A stretch of 64,000 bases of DNA from the sequence record phage_1; one strand, written 5' to 3'. The notes under the pieces were generated by a model that made no database searches, was not told the DNA's origin, and worked only from the letters and a program-made list of their open reading frames with translations. Below are positions 26,277-37,330 of the stretch, piece by piece. Each line of letters opens with the position of its first letter. The stretch's first letter is position 1. A program made the position numbers and the translations under genes.

Positions 26277-28538
26277 TTATCGCGCTTGTGGTAGGAAAAT
26301 GTTCGCGATTTGTCGTGCCGGTATGATATCTAACGCGGCGTTGACGATGCTGCCCTGTGACCAGGNACTTGCCCNNTTCTNCGCCCAGATAGACGCGTTG
26401 ATTTTAGCCTGCGCGATACCGTTGGTACGCTCGTAAAGCGTGGCAGCACCCAACACAGACATAAATTCACTGAACTTGTTATCATCATCAAACACACCAA
26501 TATCAGTTACAATCGGCATGTACATAACACGCGACAGGTCGCGAATAGTTACCTGTATATCACACGACAACGGCAGACCGTCAGCACGCCACCCTAACCC
26601 ACCTGTACCAAACTGGAGACTCAAGTTAGTTACCATGGCATTACGCATGGAATAACGACCACGAGAATAACACTCCAGATAGAACGGGTGCGTAAACGAT
26701 TGTTTACCGGTTGCTAACGGGCAAACTGCCGCTAACCAGAACGACAACGGGACAATCAGATCCTGGAACACATCTAAGTCGTTACCCGACCAACAGCGAA
26801 GAGGAATGCTTAGCGAGATATCGTCACCTGAGGTGTCTGAGGAGTCCCACACTTCCGGGAAGTCAATCACTGACGAGTTGTACAGCGACATAATCCCTGA
26901 TAAATGCAAGAAATCGAGTGCGCCTGTAAAGGCGGACTTCAACCCAGTAATGAGACCATCGACTGCGTCGAAACCAGTCTTACCACCAGAGAGGTTTACT
27001 TCCAAAGAACGTGCTTTCTGTGTGGCGGAGTTAACCGTGCCAGAGATTTCAGGTTCTTTGGTGGTGTTGGAGAACGAACGCCCTACGGTATCACGTCCAT
27101 CAACACGCCAAGTAATCCACTGCGAACCATTGCGTATCTCCGAAGCGATGTTCGAAGTTAACCCATCCATAGCGCCTTCTAAAATATCGATATAGTCTTT
27201 GAAGACGCTACCGACAGATTCTTTCTGGCCTTGGTCCATCCAGTTTTCAATCTTCCCAATGTCGAGATTATTCTCATCCATTGAGTTTGCTTCGGTCTGA
27301 CTTTTAGCAACCTGAGCCTGGTTCTTTTCAACCTGTGCCATACGCTCGGCAAGCTCTTTACGTTGCGCATCACCTTCGTTTTCGAAGTTTTCAGCTTTAC
27401 CTCCTTGTGACTGAGCATCCTGAATGCTTCCGTTCATCCCTGCTACCAGTTCGTCTTCTTTGTTATCGACGTTTTCAAAACCGGCATCGTACCCTTTACC
27501 GGCTTTGGCTACGTATTCAAGGTTACGTAAAGAAACCTCGTACTGCGCAGCTTTCTCCAAATGGGTTGTTGAGTACGTCGCTTCCAGATAGAAGTTTCGC
27601 AAACGTCGAGCCATGTCCTCTTCGTTACTCGACTCTTTACGAATTTTATCGATGGTTTTCGCCTGGTAGTTGGCTAATGTTTGGTAGCGGTTAATCATTC
27701 GATAGATATCGAACTCACCATCAGCTGTCCAGATTTCTGGCAGCATGGAGTACCACTCTTTGCGGTCGCCGTTGTACTTATTAGCAGTACCGCCTTTCTC
27801 AGACCCATCTACAGCATTAGCAAGCTGGAAAGTCCCTAACACACCCGTTGGTACCAATCGGCGATAAACTAACTGGGTGTTGACCATATTCTGCACAGCG
27901 CGCAGATACAAGTGCATTGTCGGTTTCACGTAGTAGTAGCGAGAAGTCTGCTTGTTCAGCACCATCTTCAACATACGTGGTGTAATTAGAATAACCGCAA
28001 AGGCAACCGTACCTACCGCGGCCCATATTGCTGCGGCGGCAACATACGTCCCCATCGCACGTAACATACCTGGGTAGTCACCTGTGCGCGCCAGATACGC
28101 TAGGTTGGAATCGTACATATTCGCGAAGAATGCAGCGACCCCGATATATCGAGGTTTACCGAAACGACAATGAAGATAAAAACTGTTTTGGTTAATAGCT
28201 TCGTAATAGAAAGTACCTAGACGATAGGAACCACGTTGGTCTTGACCTTTAACGTACTTTGAGTACGAGCCACGACCTGCATCAGGTTGTGCAAAAGCAC
28301 CTGTTGAACTCGGATCAGCAAACATCGTAAACTGCGGCGGCGCATTTAACGCTTGCGAACCACCCATCGTGGTATCTTCAAACGAGAGCATCGCGTTAGA
28401 GTAACGACGCAAACCCAGGAAACGCTCATCGCGTTGTGCGGTTGTACCGCCAAACAGGCCGGTTACCCANCCNNAATCTTTTAGTTGTCTTGCTTCCATG
28501 TAAAACCTCTCTGTAAGATGATTAGGGGGTGTTGCCAC
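26277..28538 (-). CDS. Putative baseplate hub/tail-tip protein, 753 aa (phiKZ gp182-like by synteny)
   Basis: Directly downstream of the tape measure gene; beta-rich C-terminal hub-like region. Confidence 0.65.
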   Translation of the reverse strand: MATPPNHLTERFYMEARQLKDXXWVTGLFGGTTAQRDERFLGLRRYSNAMLSFEDTTMGGSQALNAPPQFTMFADPSSTGAFAQPDAGRGSYSKYVKGQDQRGSYRLGTFYYEAINQNSFYLHCRFGKPRYIGVAAFFANMYDSNLAYLARTGDYPGMLRAMGTYVAAAAIWAAVGTVAFAVILITPRMLKMVLNKQTSRYYYVKPTMHLYLRAVQNMVNTQLVYRRLVPTGVLGTFQLANAVDGSEKGGTANKYNGDRKEWYSMLPEIWTADGEFDIYRMINRYQTLANYQAKTIDKIRKESSNEEDMARRLRNFYLEATYSTTHLEKAAQYEVSLRNLEYVAKAGKGYDAGFENVDNKEDELVAGMNGSIQDAQSQGGKAENFENEGDAQRKELAERMAQVEKNQAQVAKSQTEANSMDENNLDIGKIENWMDQGQKESVGSVFKDYIDILEGAMDGLTSNIASEIRNGSQWITWRVDGRDTVGRSFSNTTKEPEISGTVNSATQKARSLEVNLSGGKTGFDAVDGLITGLKSAFTGALDFLHLSGIMSLYNSSVIDFPEVWDSSDTSGDDISLSIPLRCWSGNDLDVFQDLIVPLSFWLAAVCPLATGKQSFTHPFYLECYSRGRYSMRNAMVTNLSLQFGTGGLGWRADGLPLSCDIQVTIRDLSRVMYMPIVTDIGVFDDDNKFSEFMSVLGAATLYERTNGIAQAKINASIWAXXXASXWSQGSIVNAALDIIPARQIANIFLPQAR

Positions 28539-28547
28539 CCCCTACGA

Positions 28548-31500
28548 TTAGCTTGCTTTCCGACTTACGTTTAACGACGGTGTCGGTTGGGTTATTTCCT
28601 GCCTACGTGCAGCTGAGCCCGGAGGAGGCACATTTGCCGCTTGCTGGATACTACCACCCCGTGTGTCGTTTGCCGCTCTTGGATTTGATTTCAAAATATC
28701 ACGAATCTCTTTCAAGTAATCGCGAGACTGAATCAGTACCTTGAGCTGCTGAACATCTATCGGGTCACCATTCAGCGTTGGCGTCGATGCTGTAGCATCA
28801 GAAGTTGGGGCGGCAATTGGACGAGCTGCTGCGTTAACCTGCGCTTCCGCGCCTGCTTTCACTTTAGCAACATCCGTCNCAGACAATCCTTCTGCTGCAG
28901 CTTGCGACGCTACGGTTTCGGCCGTTGTTGAGGCATCGGATGTTCCGGTACCGCCTGTGGTTGGNGTAGGTGCTGCTGGTCCTACATTACCTGCGGCGGT
29001 AGCCATTGCATCTTGTGCCGCCATGGCCCCTTTCTGCGTCAATGCGTCATCACGACGATTAGCATTATCTGCTGGCAGGTTATCTGCNGGCGACAGACTC
29101 GGGTCATTAGCGGCCGGTGCACCCATTGCCGCTGCCGGGTTAGTTGGTGAATTAGGCGACAATCCTGCAACCATATCCTTCGTCTTGCTCGGAACGGCAG
29201 CGACTTCGTTGGCGGAAATTGCGCCCATGCGGCGGTTCAGTTCCTGAATAACCCCGTCTACGCTACGTATACGACCGTTGCTGTAGAAGACGTTGGCATT
29301 CCCTCTCAGTATTGCGGATGTAATCCCAGGAGCACTCGATGCCGCCATATTCGGATTACGCTTCCATGCTTCCAGGAATTTCTTACCGCCGCCTGCACCC
29401 AGGAAGTGGTACAGATAAGCCACGGCTGGNGGNGGTGCTTTACCACCCAGGTCACGTTGTGCTTTTTGGATGTTGTCACGAATGAACTGTACACCCAAAA
29501 TANCATNCNCCCNCGGGNCCNTCTGGTTAACACGCGGAANACCNAACTTCCNCGAANACCCCTTCATCATCCCGTCCCACGNGCCGTTAACAAACTGGAA
29601 CAACCCAGATGCCGAAGCATACGGGTTTTTAGCGGTGTAGTTAAATCCGGACTCCNCCTTAGCCATTGCTAACGCCACTGCAGGTGGCACGCCCATCATG
29701 TTCGCTGCATCGGTAATCAATGCTTTGATATTCGGAACGTTCAACGCACCCTTTCTACCCAACATTTCTATCGGGTATTTTTCAGCCAGTGACTTATAAT
29801 CACCGTCTTTCACTTCACTCAGGTTAATCGAAGACGAACCAGTGGTCATTGCAGCGTAGTTCCGCACACCGCCAACCGCATCGACGACTTGACCCAAGTT
29901 ACCCGGCACACCACCACTCGTACCCGATGGAATGTAGCCTGAGGCGCGAGCACCGTCAGATGACAAAGAATCTCCCGAACTGATGTTCGAGTCTTCTTCA
30001 TCTTCACCGGTAACTTCCAGAGAACTGCGGTTCTTGTTACGATCCTTCCAGCGTGCACGCTTGCCATTATTTTTAATGGCTTTAATCATGTTACGCACGG
30101 CAAGGTCAGCTTCTTTTGACAACAGCTTCAGCGTTTCCAGCTCGGCTTTGATAGACGATGGGTTCGTGTTAGCATCGCCCCCTAGTGGGTTGATGTTCAC
30201 TTCCCACACCGACTGTCTTATACCGCCTTTCAGGCTGTAGGCAGTTGACATCATCAGACTGATTTCGTACAGGTAGCCGCCGGTCAGTTTCAAGTTCAGC
30301 GGATCGGCTGTTGGCAGGTAACGCTTCACCCCAACCAAATACGTCATGAATACCGGTAAGAAGCGGTCAAAGAACCACCGTTTCAAACGATCTTCTTTCG
30401 GTGTGCCGATAGCGTCTGGAACCATCGAGGCGATGGCTTTCTTCCAGTCACCTTTATAGCTTGCGGTTTTCACGTCGATGTCTTTGATGACGTTCTTCTC
30501 GAATACCGTAATCAACGTGCGTGTGGCGTTGTCGATGGTGGTAAAACCATAAGTCTTCCAACGCACCGACTCCATCGCATTCATGTCTTTCTGGTCGAGC
30601 ACCGCGTTCCAGTCTACCTGAATCTGAACCTGCTCTGTTCCGTCTTCCCAACCTTCTACCTTCGCCAGATTTTTATTACGTTCGTTATCCAACTGTCCAA
30701 GTTTGTTGATAGCTTCATCAACACCCGCGGACTTAATCCCCTCCACGGCCGGTGCCATTCCGTACTTACGNGCTTTCTTATCGTCCATTCTGAACTTGAT
30801 TGCACNCNCGACTTCATTCTGCACTTCCATAACCTCTTCACCGCTCAAAAACTCCTTCGGTGTAAAGGTTACAACGTCCCAGGCTTTCGAGAAGAAGCCT
30901 TGGTTGACTTTGCGTGGGTCTGTTAACGAAGAGAACGCTTTTGCATCCTTAGTCATCTTCATTTTGTTGAAGAGTGTCTGCATGTCCTCTTTCGATACTT
31001 TCTTAGCATCGCCGACGTCAGCCAACTGGATACTATTCGGCATTGATTTCAGTGCCGNAATCCAGCGGAGATAAATCGGAATAAAGCGCTGAAGCATAAA
31101 CGCTTGGAAGGCCAACATCTCGCCTTTTTCCTCGACGTTAATACCGAACCCTTCAGCTAACTTCTGAACGTCTTTTCCACCTAGCCCACGGAGACTGGCT
31201 TGGCCATCTTCCGCGTAAGACACATACTCACGCAATGCGTCTTCTAAGTAACGCGCTTTCGCCCCGTCATCCGACGACCACTTATCGTAATCACGGAAAC
31301 CGTACTGAGCTAAACGCATCTTATCCAGGTACTGGGTATAGGTAGTCGTTGCGATCTTGTACNCGGCGTAACCNNCCNCGGNGNNCNCNCCACCGATAAG
31401 AATTGCCGGCCAACCCACCGCAGTCACGACGGCAGAGGCCCCGGTTCCCACNNCGGNCACCNCGGGTGCCNCCAAACGGGTTACTGCGAACTTACCAACA

Positions 31501-34500
31501 TTCCACGCAGCCTTACCTAAAAGACCTACGGGTTTTAACACACCCCATTTCGTGATAGAACCGAGTATATTACCCACAGTTCCCAAGATACTGACGATGG
31601 GGCCGATGATAGGTAAGCCTTTCACCATATCCCACAGACCGCCAGATTTCCCTTTGGAGCCCTGCNCTTTCTCTTTCTTCNCCTTNCNTTTCNCACNCCA
31701 ACNTTTGAAGAAGTTAAAGTAGTCGCGTTTTTCATCACCTTCAGGCGGCTTGTTACGTTTACCGAACTTCGCAAACATGGTACGAATAATACCATCGTCG
31801 CCACCTGCACGGGATACTGATTCGCGCATGGTGTTAAACCACGACATCTCTTGCAAGCCAATCATTCGGTCCAAGCGTTCGAATAACCTTGCACCTGCTG
31901 ACTTGGCGGCATTCTTCCCTTTGTTGATAACCCTCCCTGCTGCATCACGGGCGGTCTCAAGGTCTTCCTTCGCATCGCCGTAGACTTTACGGCCAGAAAG
32001 GCCACCTTTCGCGTTCAAATGGCTGCGATAAAACTCAGCAACATCGTCATCGCGTCCAGCCAACCGACGTTCAACTTCGTAACGTGTAGCAATGTCGTGT
32101 CGTGCTCCACGATATCCATCGAGCATATCCCCAGCCCGGCCTCGGAAACCACTGAACCAACCNCGCAGGCNGTCGCGTCCACGACCAAAGAACGCTTTTG
32201 TTCTTGACCAACGTCCACCAAAACGTTCAGACAATGACGATTTCGCACGATCATACGCCCCGCGTACTGCACGACCGATCGTACTACCGCCACCCCCGAC
32301 GCCCTTCTCCATTTCCTCTGTCCAACTTTCGTCTTCCGGATCTCCCGGTAAACGTTGGTTCAACAGTTTATAGATACGGATAAGGATGTGGTTGGTTTTC
32401 TTGCCGGTTGATGAGAAGAGACTGAAACCACCACCCCCACCATCTTTACGGCCTTTCCACCAACGCGTCAGTGGGTTGTCGGTAANCATGTCTTTCAGAC
32501 GATCGACACCACGTTTCGCAAAACCGAGCACTTTACCCGGTAAGCTCGTTACACGGTTGAACGCTTTCTGGAGACGTGTCTTTTCTTCGCCTTCCGGAAT
32601 CTCGTTCAGCCAGTCCTTAATCTTACCAACGATGCTGCCTGCTTTCGGTGACAGGAAATCCAGGAACCGCTTCGGTAGCTTAGCCACCTTATTAAAGCCT
32701 AAGCCAATCTTACTGGCCAGACCTTGGGTCAGTGCTTGGATTTTCCCGCCTTTATAGTAGCGGAGTTTACCCGCAGCGGCTAAGTCAGCGGCTGCTAATA
32801 CCAGATTACCTGCGGAGTCAACAATATCACTCCCCAGTTTGATGTCGTCCAGCGTTTTCAGCTGAACCATTTTACCATCAATGACCTGATAGTATTCTCC
32901 AGCTTCCAGACGTGCACCTTGCAGAACAACGTTACCGTGGTCATCGTAAACATCGCGGATACCCAGTAGTCCTTTACCGAAGGAACTTACCGCTTCAAAA
33001 CCACCACGGACACTACCACTGATAAGGCCACGCATCCGGGTTAAGAAACCAGGACCTTCGCCACCTCCCATGCCTGCGACTTTACCGCGTGCCCAACCAC
33101 CGAACTGGTTCAGTTTATTCCAGGCACCCTTAACACCACGTTTCGCAAAGCCGCCGATTCCTGCTGCGGTGTCGAACAANACACCGCCCCAACGACGAAT
33201 AAGCCCATCCTCACCGATGATAATACGACGGCGTCTACCGCCACCGCTACCACCACCAGGGCGAGGCGGACCCATTTCTTCATCACCAGAACCAGCACCC
33301 CCTGCTAACGAAGCCAGAAGAACCCCTTCTTCGTCCATACTTCTGACGTGTTCCAGAATTTTCTGGAGGGTGTCACTGTTGTTGTTACCACGAATCGCTT
33401 CGATGATACCGTCAAAGTTATTCCGTGGTGCTTCTTCGCCGCGGTTACGTTGACTCAACAATTCAACAAAGTTAGTCGAGGTTTTACCGTAGAGAACTGC
33501 GGCTAACTGCCGAGGCGACATTCCGCGGCCTTTACCACCGCCACGTAAANCNGGNGGTAACGACGTGTCATCGGCACCACCACTTGCCCCTTGGTTCATT
33601 CGGCGCAGATAGTCGCCTAACGCCGAACCATTTTGCAGCTTACGTTGAATCTCCTGGTCACGAGTCAATGCGCGCCCGCTGCGTGTCTTACCCATCGCCA
33701 AGTCATTAAACAAGGTATAGGGATCGGACAGGTCTTTATCCACGCCGAAGGTGTCACTCTTCGCGTCGTAGTTAAAGATACCCGCATCACGCAACGCTCG
33801 CTCGCCGTAAATATTCACCGCCTCGTCGATAATTGCCTGACGTTGGGTGATAGATGACTGCACTGTGGAGATTTTGCGAGCCAGTTCGTTACTTAATTCG
33901 TTGCTACCACCGAGTAAGCTGTCTGAATGCCCCTGTAACGCTTCCTTAATGCGTTCTGCGGCGTTTCCTGGCATATACCGATGAAGATGCATCGGGTCTT
34001 TCAGAATCGCTTCTACGTCGAATGCGCGGCCCTGCGAGGCACGTGACTCGATATAGTCGGCAAGATGCTGTCGATCCTTCTGCGAGAGCGTTTTGCCACG
34101 GTCAACAAAATCCACAGTGCTGTTAATGGAATTTTGGAGACGCAGGCGCTGCTCATCGTTTGCAACCGCTTTGCGTACACGGTTACCGACCACTTTGCGG
34201 TCTACGAAACCACGACTGGTGATGTCGTATTCCAGATCGGCATGTTCGCCATAGCCACGACGAACAGATTTGTTAATCTCTGCCAGCCAGGCAGGAATAA
34301 CTTCAACCAGGCTAAGATACGCTTTACGGTCAAACTTCGCCGAACGACTTAACGTTTCGCCATTACGCTCATCGAGGAAGGCTTTCTCACGGTTTAACGG
34401 TTGGACAATACCGAGTTCATTCAGTACCCGGAACAAATCCGCCAACGGTCCTTGTGTTTCGCCTGCGATAGCTGAGTTCGAGATAGAGGAAAGATTACCA

Positions 34501-35669
34501 AAGGTGAACGCGCCCTTCTGCAGGCGTTTCATGACCTCTGGATTTTTCTCCATCTCCTCACGAGTCCATTTCTGGAGTTTCTCGATTTGTGGGCCGAGTA
34601 GTTTCTTCGCAAGGAATCCGCTACCCCATGCAGTTGCTTTATCGCGAGCATTTGTTTTGCGACGTTCGGCAGTCAACGAAGAGCTGTCGCTCATGCCGAA
34701 ATCGTCTTCAACACCCATGCCGAGAACAGACTCTAACAAACCACGACCTTCGCCAAATATACCAGAAATTTTCTTCTTGGTATTTTCGCGAATCATGTCC
34801 ATAAACCCGTCAGCATAACGCAANGGGTTCATCCATTCCGCAGCCTGGCGTTTAACGTTTGCCCAACGGACTTCTGAGAAATCTTCCTTCGCGTAGTCTG
34901 GCAGCGCCGTGTTCTTCACGATGGCTTCTAAAGCAGGCGTGTTACGATCGAACTCCGACTGCTTCATCTTCACGATGTCTTGAATGGCGAACAGGGTACG
35001 GTATTGCAATTCGAGTTTCTTACGCTCGATGTTTAAGAATACCCCACGGCTTAACCCGGTTAGCAGGTTAATGTCTTTCGCCATCCCAATCATGGTTTGG
35101 TGCATTGCATCCGCGCGCATCTCTTTGATGCTGTCGCGGAGCTTATCCTCTACCATGCGGTCCTGCAGTTGACGTTGTTCGTCGGCGTCCTTTGGCACGC
35201 CTGAGAAAACGTCGCCCAGTTCACGATCCATCAATGCCTGATTAGGATCGTAATTTTGGTAATCCAACTGGTCAGATTTTGACCACTTGTCGATGCGCTT
35301 AGTAACTGCATCCGGCAAGTATTTCTTCATCGTCGGACCGAGTTGGCGCGCTTGCATCTTCAGCGTGCGCTCGGTCTTCTCAAGCTCCCCTTTCGTATGG
35401 GCGTAAATGTCCTTTGCTGCAGCTGCCGCTGACTGATAACCCTCGTATGCATCAGCTGCCGGCTTAGGCATCCCCTTGAGGATAACTTGGTCGCGTTTCC
35501 CTTCTGGCCAGATAGTTGACATCGCCGACTTCCTGGCAACATTCAGGGTACTGAGTATCGGGCTTCGTTTTTTCTCGTCTTTGGGACGGGGNGGTTCNCC
35601 NAAANCNTCCCANTCGTCGANTNTATCTAAATCNATATCATCNAAACCNTCTTTNCCTCTTTTTGCCNT
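28548..35669 (-). CDS. Tail tape measure protein with a lytic transglycosylase (SLT) domain (phiKZ gp181-like)
   Basis: ~2370 aa, Gly/Ala/Lys-rich; AMAKxESGFN...ASGLFQF is the SLT catalytic motif. Start re-placed at the N-masked AnG codon (35669). Confidence 0.85.
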   Translation of the reverse strand, partial: XAKRXKXGXDDXDLDXXDXWXXXXEXPRPKDEKKRSPILSTLNVARKSAMSTIWPEGKRDQVILKGMPKPAADAYEGYQSAAAAAKDIYAHTKGELEKTERTLKMQARQLGPTMKKYLPDAVTKRIDKWSKSDQLDYQNYDPNQALMDRELGDVFSGVPKDADEQRQLQDRMVEDKLRDSIKEMRADAMHQTMIGMAKDINLLTGLSRGVFLNIERKKLELQYRTLFAIQDIVKMKQSEFDRNTPALEAIVKNTALPDYAKEDFSEVRWANVKRQAAEWMNXLRYADGFMDMIRENTKKKISGIFGEGRGLLESVLGMGVEDDFGMSDSSSLTAERRKTNARDKATAWGSGFLAKKLLGPQIEKLQKWTREEMEKNPEVMKRLQKGAFTFGNLSSISNSAIAGETQGPLADLFRVLNELGIVQPLNREKAFLDERNGETLSRSAKFDRKAYLSLVEVIPAWLAEINKSVRRGYGEHADLEYDITSRGFVDRKVVGNRVRKAVANDEQRLRLQNSINSTVDFVDRGKTLSQKDRQHLADYIESRASQGRAFDVEAILKDPMHLHRYMPGNAAERIKEALQGHSDSLLGGSNELSNELARKISTVQSSITQRQAIIDEAVNIYGERALRDAGIFNYDAKSDTFGVDKDLSDPYTLFNDLAMGKTRSGRALTRDQEIQRKLQNGSALGDYLRRMNQGASGGADDTSLXXXLRGGGKGRGMSPRQLAAVLYGKTSTNFVELLSQRNRGEEAPRNNFDGIIEAIRGNNNSDTLQKILEHVRSMDEEGVLLASLAGGAGSGDEEMGPPRPGGGSGGGRRRRIIIGEDGLIRRWGGXLFDTAAGIGGFAKRGVKGAWNKLNQFGGWARGKVAGMGGGEGPGFLTRMRGLISGSVRGGFEAVSSFGKGLLGIRDVYDDHGNVVLQGARLEAGEYYQVIDGKMVQLKTLDDIKLGSDIVDSAGNLVLAAADLAAAGKLRYYKGGKIQALTQGLASKIGLGFNKVAKLPKRFLDFLSPKAGSIVGKIKDWLNEIPEGEEKTRLQKAFNRVTSLPGKVLGFAKRGVDRLKDMXTDNPLTRWWKGRKDGGGGGFSLFSSTGKKTNHILIRIYKLLNQRLPGDPEDESWTEEMEKGVGGGGSTIGRAVRGAYDRAKSSLSERFGGRWSRTKAFFGRGRDXLXGWFSGFRGRAGDMLDGYRGARHDIATRYEVERRLAGRDDDVAEFYRSHLNAKGGLSGRKVYGDAKEDLETARDAAGRVINKGKNAAKSAGARLFERLDRMIGLQEMSWFNTMRESVSRAGGDDGIIRTMFAKFGKRNKPPEGDEKRDYFNFFKXWXXKXKXKKEKXQGSKGKSGGLWDMVKGLPIIGPIVSILGTVGNILGSITKWGVLKPVGLLGKAAWNVGKFAVTRLXAPXVXXVGTGASAVVTAVGWPAILIGXXXXXXGYAXYKIATTTYTQYLDKMRLAQYGFRDYDKWSSDDGAKARYLEDALREYVSYAEDGQASLRGLGGKDVQKLAEGFGINVEEKGEMLAFQAFMLQRFIPIYLRWIXALKSMPNSIQLADVGDAKKVSKEDMQTLFNKMKMTKDAKAFSSLTDPRKVNQGFFSKAWDVVTFTPKEFLSGEEVMEVQNEVXXAIKFRMDDKKXRKYGMAPAVEGIKSAGVDEAINKLGQLDNERNKNLAKVEGWEDGTEQVQIQVDWNAVLDQKDMNAMESVRWKTYGFTTIDNATRTLITVFEKNVIKDIDVKTASYKGDWKKAIASMVPDAIGTPKEDRLKRWFFDRFLPVFMTYLVGVKRYLPTADPLNLKLTGGYLYEISLMMSTAYSLKGGIRQSVWEVNINPLGGDANTNPSSIKAELETLKLLSKEADLAVRNMIKAIKNNGKRARWKDRNKNRSSLEVTGEDEEDSNISSGDSLSSDGARASGYIPSGTSGGVPGNLGQVVDAVGGVRNYAAMTTGSSSINLSEVKDGDYKSLAEKYPIEMLGRKGALNVPNIKALITDAANMMGVPPAVALAMAKXESGFNYTAKNPYASASGLFQFVNGXWDGMMKGXSXKXGXPRVNQXXPXXXXILGVQFIRDNIQKAQRDLGGKAXXPAVAYLYHFLGAGGGKKFLEAWKRNPNMAASSAPGITSAILRGNANVFYSNGRIRSVDGVIQELNRRMGAISANEVAAVPSKTKDMVAGLSPNSPTNPAAAMGAPAANDPSLSXADNLPADNANRRDDALTQKGAMAAQDAMATAAGNVGPAAPXPTTGGTGTSDASTTAETVASQAAAEGLSXTDVAKVKAGAEAQVNAAARPIAAPTSDATASTPTLNGDPIDVQQLKVLIQSRDYLKEIRDILKSNPRAANDTRGGSIQQAANVPPPGSAARRQEITQPTPSLNVSRKAS

Positions 35670-35698
35670 AANNTTTNTTCCAATTNAGGAGNTTAAAA

Positions 35699-37312
35699 AT
35701 GACAAAGCTAAAATGGGTTNACTTTTACTTGTTAAACNNCAACAAGTCCCTGGTGTCGCATTTAAAACCAGTTACAACAACAGACACCTTTCAGGGACTG
35801 ACGAAAAACTTTCACCCTGAAGGACTGTATTCAACCGAAATTTTTGGCCTCACAGGGAGCGAAGCACGAGACTCAACGTTCTCGTACATTGATATCAAAC
35901 TGGATATCATTTCGCCGACCGTTTGTTTGGCATTGTTCCAGCTGAAACAGCTGTACGAAGAAATCTGTTCCGGGAAGCGATTCGCTATCTGGAATGAGAA
36001 AGAAAAAGATTTCGAGCCGGCTCTGCCCAGTGATAAAGGTGCAGACACCGGCTTCAACTTCTTCCTACGCTACTACGAACAACTGACACCGGGACGCAAC
36101 GAATCGATGCGTCGCGACGAGACAGTCGATTTCTTCAATAAGTTCCGTCCGGTCAGTCTCAGCCGCTATGTGCTGGTTCTGCCTGCGGGATTACGTGATT
36201 TGGTCATTCGTCAGGATGGCCGCGACCAAGAAGAAGAGATTGGCGGACTCTACCGTCGTCTGATTTCTCTGGCGCGTGCAATCCCCGACCGCAGTACGCG
36301 AACGGAACTGACTGACCCGGTTCGCTGGAAGCTCCAACAAACCTTTAATGATATCTGGATGTACTTCTTCAACATCCAGGATGGTAAAGGTGGTTTTGCA
36401 CGTCGTAAAGTGACGTCACGTAAGTTAATGAACGGTACGCGTAACGTACTGTCTTCATTCTCAACCGGTTCCAAGGTCATGGGTCGCGAAGATGCGATTC
36501 GTCCAACGGATACCCGTATCGGTTTGTACCAAACCCTGAAGGCATTACTGCCTGTGGCTCAATACCACATCCGTGAACGTTACCTCAGTAACATCCGGGC
36601 AGGGGACGGCAACTTATACGGCGTTAACACCAAAACACTCAAGCGTGAGTTCCTGGAAGTCTCCGGGCGGGTGTATGACCTTTTCACTACCGACGATGGC
36701 ATCGAAACACTCATCAACAGAATGGAAGCGCGCGAGCTTCGACATAAACCGCTGATGATTGATCCGGACCATTACGTGGCATTAATCTACCAGGACAAAC
36801 GCAGCTTCAAAATCTTTTACGATATTGAAGACCTGCCGGAAGGACGTGACCGCAAGCTTGTCCGCGGACTGAGCTTAGCAGAACTCCTCTATTTGTCAGG
36901 TTACGATATTTGGAATGACTACTTCTCGTTCATCACGCGTTATCCGGTTACGGGACGCGGTTCGACTTACTCCTCGACCATAAGATTGGAGACCACCACC
37001 TCTTCCCTCTATTTGCATGAACTGGAAGACGATTGGGNCACGTTAAAAGANAAGGGNGCAATTNGNTTCCCTGACCGTACCGTGAAAACNTTTGTGGAAT
37101 CCATGGCACCACATCCANCCCNATTAGGGGGNTTGGGNGGNGACNACGANGGNGACACCGGCNCANCAAANAGCCCGATGTCAACCGAAGCGCTCGNGGA
37201 AAATCGGAAGTGGGTCAGTTCGAAAAACTACTGGTTTGCAACAGACGGCAGTTTCAAAATCAATCCGGTTAACAACGTGATTAAAAGAACGACTGCTGCG
37301 CTGTTGAAATGA
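35699..37312 (+). CDS. Virion RNA polymerase, beta' N-terminal (catalytic) subunit
   Basis: AGGAG SD; EGLYSTEIFG, LVLPAGLRD and TRNV are RpoC-like; the N-masked codons at 37142-37156 read D-x-D/E-G-D. Confidence 0.85.
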   Translation: MTKLKWVXFYLLNXNKSLVSHLKPVTTTDTFQGLTKNFHPEGLYSTEIFGLTGSEARDSTFSYIDIKLDIISPTVCLALFQLKQLYEEICSGKRFAIWNEKEKDFEPALPSDKGADTGFNFFLRYYEQLTPGRNESMRRDETVDFFNKFRPVSLSRYVLVLPAGLRDLVIRQDGRDQEEEIGGLYRRLISLARAIPDRSTRTELTDPVRWKLQQTFNDIWMYFFNIQDGKGGFARRKVTSRKLMNGTRNVLSSFSTGSKVMGREDAIRPTDTRIGLYQTLKALLPVAQYHIRERYLSNIRAGDGNLYGVNTKTLKREFLEVSGRVYDLFTTDDGIETLINRMEARELRHKPLMIDPDHYVALIYQDKRSFKIFYDIEDLPEGRDRKLVRGLSLAELLYLSGYDIWNDYFSFITRYPVTGRGSTYSSTIRLETTTSSLYLHELEDDWXTLKXKXAIXFPDRTVKXFVESMAPHPXXLGXLXXDXXXDTGXXXSPMSTEALXENRKWVSSKNYWFATDGSFKINPVNNVIKRTTAALLK

Positions 37313-37330
37313 TACCCATAAGGCACATGT

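Noticed and set aside
35670-35705. TTG start for the tape measure protein given by the ORF track
   Set aside because: It overlaps the beta' start and has no SD; the masked AnG at 35669 fits better.
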